This document shows, one piece after another, positions 1 through 7,325 of a stretch of DNA of 64,000 nt. The stretch comes from Cyanobacteria bacterium SW_9_44_58 (GTDB lineage Bacteria; Cyanobacteriota; Cyanobacteriia; Cyanobacteriales; Rubidibacteraceae): contig PXPI01000119.1 in NCBI GenBank assembly GCA_003021905.1, positions 1,043 to 65,042 of the forward strand, given 5' to 3'. Numbering within the stretch: position 1 is the first letter of the stretch; each line of letters begins with the position of its first letter. The notes under the pieces were generated by a model. It made no database searches, was not told the DNA's origin, and saw nothing but the letters and a program-made list of their open reading frames with translations. Made by a program: the position numbers and the translations under genes.

Positions 1-1472
1 ACATCAGGGGTAAAGGTTAATCCCGCTAGGGTAGCGTATCCGCCATAGGAACCCCCCATAATGGCAATGCGGTTGGGATCGGCAATTCCCTGTTCTTTCA
101 GCCAGCCCACAGCATCAACTAAGTCATCGTGCATCGCTGCGCCCCATTCACGGTTGCCAGCATTGAGGAAATCTTTTCCGTAACCGGTTGACCCGCGGAA
201 GTTGACCTGTAAAATAGCATAACCGCGGTTAGCCAGCCACTGTACAGTGGGATTATAGCCCCAAGTATCTCGTGCCCAGGGACCGCCATGAACATACAAC
301 ACAGTCGGTAGCTGTTTCGCTTCCATCCCAACGGGCGTAGTGAGATAACCATGAATGGTTAACCCATCTCTGGCTTGATAGGAAATGGGTTCCATTTTGG
401 CCAAGGGAAGGTCTTCCAATTCCGGTTGATTGGTAAATAGGAATTCACTGGTTTGGCTTGGGCGATGATAGTGATAGTAATAAACAGGCCCATCATCAGT
501 AACATAGCCAACAATCCAATTTTCATCCGCTAAGTCGCGGCTGGCAATGGCAAATTCTCCATCATGAATCTGACGAATCACCTCAAAGTCTTTGCCAATG
601 CTTTCATCTAATACTTGCCATTCTTCTTGATCTTTATAGAAAGAAACGGCTTCCACGTGGCGTTTGGTGGGATGAATCAACACATCATCCACATCATATT
701 GGTCATCTGCTGCCATGACTGTTTCTTGCCGACTCTCTAAATCAAGAGAGAGCAACCGTTGGGCATTAGCATCGTGTGATCCCACAATATAAAGAGTTTT
801 GCCATCATTGGAAAAACTCAGAGGCCCCCCTTCATCATCGGCACTCCAATGGCGCAGCAGTTCCCAGTCTTGATCAGGGGTTTCCCGATAGAGTAAATCC
901 GATCCGCCGTCAGGAGTGGCCGCTACTGCTGCTCGAATTTGAAATTGGGCATCGGCAGTCCAACTAACAATATTGCCTGGGTTTTCGGTATCGAATTCTA
1001 CTGCCCCATTATTGAGATTGATGCGATACACATCAAATTTTTGGGCATTGGTGAGGTTTAACCCGACTAAAACTTGATCCGGGGTTTCGGGATCCAAATC
1101 GATGGGTTGGGCTTTAACCCCTTGAAATGGCGTTAAGTCGCGAACAATGTTGTTGACAAGATCGACTGCGTAGAGGTGATAGTTTTCATCGCCGTCAGAG
1201 TCTTGGAGATAAATCAATTGTTCCGGTTTATAAGTCCAAAAGTAGGCCCGAATCCCGCGTTTTTTATCTTGCGTGACTTGTCGGTCGTCGGTTTCCCTAA
1301 TGGTTCGTACCCAGACTTGTAGAACATCTTTCTCATCGGGGGCAATATAAGCCATGTATTTGCTATCGGGAGAAAGACGGGGACGAGCACGCTTGGGATT
1401 GCCAAAGAGAACTGAACGAGGAATCAGCGGGGGAAGTTGGGTTTGAGTAGCAGGCGTTTTTGTTGTTGTCAT
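1..1472 (-). CDS. S9 family serine peptidase (prolyl oligopeptidase / dipeptidyl aminopeptidase-like); 3' end runs off the window
   Basis: Own minus-strand translation from ATG at 1472 gives [50 protein letters not shown]... It stays open to position 1 and ends ...[25 protein letters not shown], the GxSxGG nucleophile elbow of S9 peptidases. It is absent from the ORF track because there is no stop inside the window. Track ORF 119..352 is an off-frame shadow. Confidence 0.85.
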   Translation of the reverse strand, partial: [490 protein letters not shown]

Positions 1473-1707
1473 AAAACTTTACAATACGGCTAATTCTTAT
1501 TGTAATTTTCTTGGCTTTTACTTTTATCTTAATTTCGCAGTAGGGACATGATTGAATCGGGAGATCAATCCCAGCATTGCTAAAGGCGCAACGTGCGTTC
1601 CAGGAAATTATTCTTCAATACTGTTTCCGCTATTCCAATAAAAGCAATTTAAATCCCCCCTCCCACCCAGGAATAAGGGCACTTAGGCTAACTAAGAGGC
1701 AATGAGT

Positions 1708-1900
1708 TTACGATTGCTGACTTTCCGCGATCGCGCGGTTCGATAGACCGCTAATGTTAATTTTTACTTTGCGATTGACTGTTTCTTCTACTTTCGGCAG
1801 ATACAAGCTGAGAATGCCGTTGGTGTAGTCAGCCTGTACCTAATCTTGCTTGATGCCAACGGGTAAAAACAAGGAGAAAAGACGAGGGAATTGCTTTGAT
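1708..1900 (-). pseudogene. Hsp20/alpha-crystallin small heat-shock protein remnant (C-terminal part only, frameshifted)
   Basis: Minus strand 1839..1708 reads VQADYTNGILSLYLPKVEETVNRKVKINISGLSNRAIAESQQS*, the typical sHSP C-terminus (..A.Y.NGvL.l.lPK.ee...k.i.i). A TAG lies immediately upstream in that frame. The adjacent frame reads ..FSPCFYPLASSKI, resembling the F.R.F.LP....KI strand. No N-terminal half and no start codon. Confidence 0.5.
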
Positions 1901-2007
1901 TAATGGTTTTAAGGATAACACTTGCTATTGAGTTAAGGTTACAAAGTATTAAGACTCCTTGGGCTTTTTGCTAATATAAGCAATAATTTCTGACTATACT
2001 CCCTTTG

Positions 2008-2026
2008 AATGCAAATAATTTGCATT
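2008..2026. promoter_or_regulatory. 19-bp perfect AT-rich palindrome AATGCAAAT-A-ATTTGCATT about 50 nt upstream of the first isiA/pcb gene; candidate repressor (Fur-type?) operator
   Basis: Arms 2008-2016 and 2018-2026 are exact reverse complements. A TATACT -10-like hexamer sits at 1995-2000, so the palindrome would cover the start of the transcript. Its size and symmetry equal a classical 19-bp Fur box, but the sequence is not the consensus. Confidence 0.35.
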
Positions 2027-2076
2027 AAATAGCCGTTGATCTAACAAAACAGAGTTGATTATTTAGGAGGTTGGCA

Positions 2077-3123
2077 ATGCAAACCTATGGTCAATCAAAG
2101 TATCCCTGGTGGGCAGGAAACGCCCGTTTTGCGGATTCATCGGGTCTTTTTATTGCTGCTCATGTCGCTCAGGCAGCCCTAATGGTGTTTTGGGCAGGGT
2201 CTTTTACCTTTTTTGAACTATCCCGTTATTCCCCAGAAGTTCCCATGGGGGAACAGGGATTGATTTTACTGCCCCATCTGGCAAGTTTAGGACTAGGTGT
2301 TGGCAGTAATGGCGAGGTGGTGGATACTTACCTCTACATTGTCGTTGGCGGGGTTCATCTCATCTCTTCTGCTGTGCTAGGCGCAGGAGCTCTTTTTCAT
2401 GCCTTTAAAGCTCCTGCGGATTTGGCAGACGCATCTGGGCGAGCTAACCAGTTTGATTTTAACTGGGATGATCCCAAAAAGCTAGGGTTTATCTTAGGCA
2501 TTCATCTTGTGTTTCTCGGTTTGGGAGCACTGTTGTTTGTCCTTTGGGCTACTGCATGGAATGGACTTTATGACCCAAGTATCGGAGAAGTGCGTCGTGT
2601 AACCAGTCCGACCCTTAATCCGGCGACAATCCTCGGTTATGGGTTCGGTTTAGAAGGTCGCTACTGGATCGCTGGAGTTGACAATTTAGAAGATATTGTC
2701 GGCGGCCATATTTATGTGGCGATCGCGTTGATTGGCGGCGGCATTTGGCACTGTTTGAAGCCCCCGTTTGCTTGGGCCCAAAAGTTGTTTATCTTTTCCG
2801 GTGAAGCTTTGCTGTCTTATGCCCTGGGGGGACTTGCCCTAGCTGGTTTTGTGGCAGCCCTGTTTGGCGCAGTCAATACAACGGCGTATCCAGAGGTCTT
2901 CTATGGAGCGGCCCTAAAAGTCAAACTGGGAGTTGCCCCCTACTTTGCCGATACCGCCAATTTACCCAATGGCGAACATACAGCGCGATCGTGGCTTGCC
3001 AATGCCCATTTCTTCTTGGCGTTTTTCTTGTTGCAAGGGCATCTCTGGCACGCCCTGCGAGCCATGGGTGTCGATTTTCGTCAAATCTCTAACGCTTTCG
3101 AACAAAGCGCAGAAACGGCATAA
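2077..3123 (+). CDS. isiA: Chlorophyll-binding antenna protein, CP43'/IsiA/Pcb family
   Basis: [48 protein letters not shown]... ...GHLWHALRA. The N-terminus MQTYG..WWAGNAR and the six-helix layout are typical of IsiA/Pcb. AGGAGG at 2065-2070 is 6 nt before ATG 2077 (the track starts at a TTG at 2071). IsiA versus Pcb cannot be decided from sequence alone. Confidence 0.85.
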   Translation: MQTYGQSKYPWWAGNARFADSSGLFIAAHVAQAALMVFWAGSFTFFELSRYSPEVPMGEQGLILLPHLASLGLGVGSNGEVVDTYLYIVVGGVHLISSAVLGAGALFHAFKAPADLADASGRANQFDFNWDDPKKLGFILGIHLVFLGLGALLFVLWATAWNGLYDPSIGEVRRVTSPTLNPATILGYGFGLEGRYWIAGVDNLEDIVGGHIYVAIALIGGGIWHCLKPPFAWAQKLFIFSGEALLSYALGGLALAGFVAALFGAVNTTAYPEVFYGAALKVKLGVAPYFADTANLPNGEHTARSWLANAHFFLAFFLLQGHLWHALRAMGVDFRQISNAFEQSAETA

Positions 3124-3194
3124 ACCGGTCTAAGCCGCCCATTTGCCCAGGCAATGGGCAGCGGCAAGCCAATCAAGCATTAAGGAAAGAGGCT

Positions 3195-4256
3195 ATGACA
3201 GCAAATATTGGAGTCGGGCAACAATCGTCGCTCCCTTGGTGGGTTGGCAACGCCCGTTTGACAGAATTATCCGGTCGGCTTTTAGGGGCACATCTTGCCC
3301 ATGGTGCACTGATTATGTTTTGGGCAGGAGCGATTACCCTTGTTGAGTATTCCCGGTTTACTTCTGATATCCCCATGTATCAGCAGGGATTGCTCCTTCT
3401 CCCGAATCTTGCTCGTTTGGGTTTGGGCATTGGCGCCGAAGGACAGGTCATTGACCCCTATCCTTACTTGGCGATTGGTGTCCTGCATTTAGCAGCATCA
3501 GCGGTGCTGGCTGCAGGAGGTCTTTATCATGTTTTTCGCGGGCCAGCGGTTTTAAAGGATGGTTCCCAACAAGTGGCCTCGTTTCACTATGACTGGGACA
3601 ATCCCAAACAGTTAAGCAATATCCTGGGAGCACATTTGCTTTTCCTGGGATTTGGGGCCTTGTTGTTTGTGGGGAAAGCGATGATTTGGGGTGGTCTTTA
3701 CGATCCCGCGATCGCGAATACCCGCTTGATTACTGCCCCTACACTAGATCCTCAGATTATCTTCGGTTATTTGGTTGGTCTCAATCATGGCGAATGGACG
3801 CCATTAGGAATGGCAAGTGTTGAAACGTTGGAAGATGTGGTCGGCGGTCATATTTGGGTAGGTGGACTCGCGATCGCCGGCGGTATCTGGCATCTCAGCA
3901 CGGAACCCTTCCTTGCCGTTCAAAACCGACTGGTCTGGAATGGGGATGCCATCTTGTCCTATAGTCTAAGCGGCATTGCCTTGGCAGCATTCATTTCGGC
4001 CTATTTTGTCGGTTTTAATGACACAGTTTATCCCACCGTTTTCTATGGCGGCGAACGCGCTGAGTTTGCGTCGGTGCAAGTCTTGCTGGGAACTGTGTTT
4101 TTGGCAGGACATGTTTGGCATGCCTTGCGATCGCGCACGAACTGGCGTCGTCTTCCTCAGTTTGATGTCGCTCGTGTTGTTGTGGCAGGGTTTGCGTTTC
4201 TGTTTGTTGTGATGACTGGGTTAGGTCTTTTGGCAATGGATCAGGTTGTCTTTTAG
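3195..4256 (+). CDS. Second CP43'/IsiA/Pcb-family chlorophyll-binding protein, with extra hydrophobic C-terminal segment
   Basis: [49 protein letters not shown]... ...GHVWHALRS followed by [40 protein letters not shown]. It lies 71 nt after the first copy on the same strand. Confidence 0.85.
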   Translation: MTANIGVGQQSSLPWWVGNARLTELSGRLLGAHLAHGALIMFWAGAITLVEYSRFTSDIPMYQQGLLLLPNLARLGLGIGAEGQVIDPYPYLAIGVLHLAASAVLAAGGLYHVFRGPAVLKDGSQQVASFHYDWDNPKQLSNILGAHLLFLGFGALLFVGKAMIWGGLYDPAIANTRLITAPTLDPQIIFGYLVGLNHGEWTPLGMASVETLEDVVGGHIWVGGLAIAGGIWHLSTEPFLAVQNRLVWNGDAILSYSLSGIALAAFISAYFVGFNDTVYPTVFYGGERAEFASVQVLLGTVFLAGHVWHALRSRTNWRRLPQFDVARVVVAGFAFLFVVMTGLGLLAMDQVVF

Positions 4257-4289
4257 ATAGACCCTTTTCAGGATCTCCTCTCTTGACAT

Positions 4290-4322
4290 ATCCCACGCTT
4301 CAATCGTGTGGGATTTTTTTTG
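4290..4322 (+). terminator. Rho-independent terminator after the isiA/pcb pair
   Basis: ATCCCAC (4290-4296) pairs with GTGGGAT (4308-4314) and runs into a T-run of about 9 (4314-4322), 34 nt after the stop at 4256. Confidence 0.7.
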
Positions 4323-4384
4323 TTTTGTTCTTAGAAATTTCAGACGAGATTGCAGTAGAGGCCTATGATGCCAATCTACCTCAA

Positions 4385-4546
4385 TTAAACCTCTTTTCGG
4401 TTAAGCCACCAAACAGCAACAATCACAGCAAAGATAATGAAAGTTATTCCTGCCCATACTGATAGAGTGGTTTGTTCTGAAAAGATGGTCTTAGCAACTT
4501 GCTCTGCCCTTGGTTCGGCAACATTTTCCTCAATTAAGCGTTCCAT
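4385..4546 (-). CDS. Possible 53-aa protein with a single C-terminal TM helix (below the track's length cut-off)
   Basis: Own translation: MERLIEENVAEPRAEQVAKTIFSEQTTLSVWAGITFIIFAVIVAVWWLNRKEV*. There is a clear hydrophobic helix, but no obvious Shine-Dalgarno and no family recognised. Confidence 0.3.
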   Translation of the reverse strand: MERLIEENVAEPRAEQVAKTIFSEQTTLSVWAGITFIIFAVIVAVWWLNRKEV

Positions 4547-4664
4547 TGCAACACTATTTTAATTATAGAGTAACGTTTTTTTTACCTCACGCAATCGCGT
4601 TTGTTTTTTTATATTTTCTTTAGTAACAATTTCTTACAAGTGATCTGCTTTTGATATTATTAAT

Positions 4665-5249
4665 TTAGTCTTTTGTATAATCAATCATTTCCGGTTCGGT
4701 TTCAATTTTAGATAATAGTTGATCTGATGGATTTTCCTCATTGGCATTGCTGATTTTTTGAAAAATCCGATCCAGTAAAAAATTGCTAAAATCGCTAATT
4801 ACTATTTCTAAATTTCCATTGGGATCGCTTTGATAACCAGAGAGATAAATTTCTCGATGATTACTGCCGGAATAATTGATCAAATAATGTTTATCATTTT
4901 TCTTGGTTATTCCAATGTAGAACTTGCACCAAAGCAATGGCTTTAGGTACCTGGGAATTTTCCCTTGCTTTAAAATTAATCCAAAATAGACTCTAATTTC
5001 ATTGTTATTAATTTGGTAACAATCATCAAGTTTACAGTCTCTACTATCATCAATCCGTACTGAGAAATTCTTTCCTTGATCTGGTCTCACTAAAAAAAGA
5101 TAGTCAGGATTGGCAATAGTTTTATGAAGTTCATCTTTGATCTCTTTCGTGGCTAGTTTTAAACATTCCTCTAAATAGTCCGTTTTATAATAACGGAACT
5201 TATTGAGTTTTTGATCAACTAAATCGGTTATTTCTTGATATGTTGCCAT
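4665..5249 (-). CDS. Hypothetical protein, visibly AT-rich orphan gene
   Basis: Track ORF 4665..5327. The first ATG at 5249 gives MATYQEITDLVDQKLNKFRYYKTDYLEECLK... (194 aa). No TM segment, no motif I recognise. Composition is much more AT-rich than the neighbours. Confidence 0.6.
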   Translation of the reverse strand: MATYQEITDLVDQKLNKFRYYKTDYLEECLKLATKEIKDELHKTIANPDYLFLVRPDQGKNFSVRIDDSRDCKLDDCYQINNNEIRVYFGLILKQGKIPRYLKPLLWCKFYIGITKKNDKHYLINYSGSNHREIYLSGYQSDPNGNLEIVISDFSNFLLDRIFQKISNANEENPSDQLLSKIETEPEMIDYTKD

Positions 5250-5461
5250 TTTTTGGATTTGCTTCTTGCAACTGCGCGATCGCGTTTCTGAGAAATTGCG
5301 CAAATTTCCCAATCCTACGCTGACCAACCGTTACTGGAGTTAAGCGTGAGGACAGGTGCCTTCCGTAGTACGGGGTTAGCGGTTATTATAGACTAAATAA
5401 AACTATATTTTGATCAACAAATAATGTGTGAATGTACAAAGTTATTTAAAGATAGAAAAAA

Positions 5462-5534
5462 TGCCAGGACGCAGATTTGAACTGCGGACACGGGAATTTT
5501 CAGTCCCCTGCTCTACCGACTGAGCTATCCCGGC
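5462..5534 (-). tRNA. tRNA-Phe (anticodon GAA)
   Basis: Minus strand: GCCGGGATAGCTCAGTCGGTAGAGCAGGGGACTGAAAATTCCCGTGTCCGCAGTTCAAATCTGCGTCCTGGCA. It is near-identical in layout to bacterial tRNA-Phe, with anticodon loop CTGAAAA. CCA is not encoded. Confidence 0.95.
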
Positions 5535-5694
5535 AAGATGCAATTGCAAGTTGCGTTCGCTTTCTTAATCGTGCTCTATTAATATAACAGATCTATTGGA
5601 AGGTAACAACTCTTCAGAGAAAATTTGTTTCTAACCCGTTTCACGTTACAGTAGATTGAGAAAATCGAAACCTTTGGTCTGCTTTTCCTCATTT

Positions 5695-6327
5695 ATGAGC
5701 CAATCCTCGGCAAACGTAATGACTAATGAAGTGCCCTCGGATCAGCCTAAACCCTGGTTGTGGGATCACCTTCCCAATTATCCGATCTCTGTGCAGGGCT
5801 GTTCTCCTCGTACCGCCCAGCAGATCGACTTGTTGTTGCTCGCCCTAGAAGCGCTAGAATTAGGAAGCTCAGAACAGATGCTAGCAACAGCACAGGAGCT
5901 GAATTTAAGGGATTTGATCCCAAATCGGGTTGTTTTGTGGCGGTTGCGTTGTACCAATCCCTGGCGACGTTCCTATATGCGGCGCTATTTAGGATTAGAA
6001 AAAGCCAAAGCCTTGACGATTATCGCCACATCGCGATCGCGCAAGTTGACCTTTCTGATCCGAGAACTTTTATTAGCCGAACAAAAACTGCGAGAAAAAG
6101 AACTGCCCATCCAACAAAATTTCCGTTTAGCTTGGTATCTGGGACGATTTCGCGCTCATTTCCGCGGACGCATGAACCCCCGTCGCGCTCGGATTGCTGA
6201 GTATCTTGCCTCTCCCGAACAAATCGATGAGTTAGCGCTATCGTTGCTGAAACAACTTCTCTTTGCTACAGGAACAGCGGGGGCACAACGTTTATGGTGC
6301 AGTTTATTTGATGGAGAAGTACGATGA
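5695..6327 (+). CDS. Conserved cyanobacterial hypothetical protein (DUF3038-like, from memory)
   Basis: Track ORF 5656..6327, first ATG at 5695 (MSQSSANVMTNEVPSDQPKPWLWDHL...). Arg-rich helical protein. The stop overlaps the next start (ATGA at 6324-6327). Confidence 0.7.
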   Translation: MSQSSANVMTNEVPSDQPKPWLWDHLPNYPISVQGCSPRTAQQIDLLLLALEALELGSSEQMLATAQELNLRDLIPNRVVLWRLRCTNPWRRSYMRRYLGLEKAKALTIIATSRSRKLTFLIRELLLAEQKLREKELPIQQNFRLAWYLGRFRAHFRGRMNPRRARIAEYLASPEQIDELALSLLKQLLFATGTAGAQRLWCSLFDGEVR

Positions 6328-7325
6328 CCATTCGCCGTGAATACAGCTTACCGAACTGTTCTCTAACTCTAGAAGGTTGGAGTGAGGAGATGGCATTCCA
6401 TCAAGGGGGAAATGGGCCGCCCAAAATGTCAATTATTGTCAATGCCGAATGTCGTTTTACGGGGAGAAATCATGAATCTTCAGTGTTGCAAGGCGATCGC
6501 GATTTTCTCGACAGTTTGGTACGAGTAGTCAACAATTATGCGCAATCGGTTTTAAGCGGCATTAGCCCTCACCCCAACCAAGATTGGGTGGGAGAATCGG
6601 TACAAATTGAACCTCTCCCTAACAGCAATCAACATCGCTTGCAGTTTACCCGCACCGAAGATGGCAAGCCGGAAGAAATTATCAAAGTTGATTTAAGCAC
6701 AGTCGAATTATTTGACCTTGTGGAAGCCATTGACCAGCTTCTCAACGATCAGAGTACCTTACCCGAGCTCAGTTTAAGTTTACAGCCTCATTCTCGCAGT
6801 ATTCGCCGTCGCGAAGAACCGTTCCGCAAAAAAGCAAAACCGGCATTGACCGGAGTTGCAAGTTTAGCTGCGGCCGCGATCGCGCTATCATTGGTTCCAG
6901 TCCCCCAAGTGCGAGAACCGGAGCCCACTCGTTCAGGAGAATCTCGCCGAGAAGAGACGCTGCCGAATAACGGCGGCAATGTCATTCCCTCCGGTATGAA
7001 AGAAACCTTAGCCGATGTTCCTCGGATTAACGATTCCCAGCAATTAAACAATTTAGCCCAGCAAATCAGAACCACAGTGGATCAAAATTGGGAACAACGC
7101 GGCTTAGTGGAACAATCCTTAAGTTATCGGGTTTGGGTGACCCCCAACGGTGAAATGATTGGTTATGAAGTTCTCTCCGGCGGCAGCCGCAACATTAGCG
7201 AAACGCCAGTTCTCCCCAATGTTCTTTCTCCCCTTCCTCAAGGAGAAACCTCGCAACTGGAAGCGGTGGCGGAATTAAAAGTCGTCTTCAACCCCAATGG
7301 TATTGTGAATGTCACTGCTGAGTAG
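6324..7325 (+). CDS. Conserved cyanobacterial hypothetical protein (DUF4335-like, from memory)
   Basis: MTIRREYSLPNCSLTLEGWSEE... is the N-terminal signature I associate with DUF4335. There is a central predicted TM segment (LTGVASLAAAAIALSLVPV). It is translationally coupled to the upstream ORF. Confidence 0.7.
   Translation: MTIRREYSLPNCSLTLEGWSEEMAFHQGGNGPPKMSIIVNAECRFTGRNHESSVLQGDRDFLDSLVRVVNNYAQSVLSGISPHPNQDWVGESVQIEPLPNSNQHRLQFTRTEDGKPEEIIKVDLSTVELFDLVEAIDQLLNDQSTLPELSLSLQPHSRSIRRREEPFRKKAKPALTGVASLAAAAIALSLVPVPQVREPEPTRSGESRREETLPNNGGNVIPSGMKETLADVPRINDSQQLNNLAQQIRTTVDQNWEQRGLVEQSLSYRVWVTPNGEMIGYEVLSGGSRNISETPVLPNVLSPLPQGETSQLEAVAELKVVFNPNGIVNVTAE

Noticed and set aside
119-352. Track ORF of 77 aa on the minus strand.
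   Set aside because: It is an off-frame shadow inside the S9 peptidase gene, whose true frame is open from 1472 to the window edge.
4300-5534. Considered a genomic islet integrated at tRNA-Phe.
   Set aside because: I found no integrase or recombinase gene, and no direct repeat of the tRNA 3' end (TGCCAGGACGCAGATTTGAA or part of it) to the left. Only the composition and the position next to the tRNA are suggestive, so it is kept as a low-confidence finding rather than a mobile-element feature.
5760-6200. 146-aa ORF in an alternative frame of the DUF3038-like gene.
   Set aside because: It is fully nested in a longer ORF with a conserved-looking product, and its translation is Arg/Ser-rich with no features.
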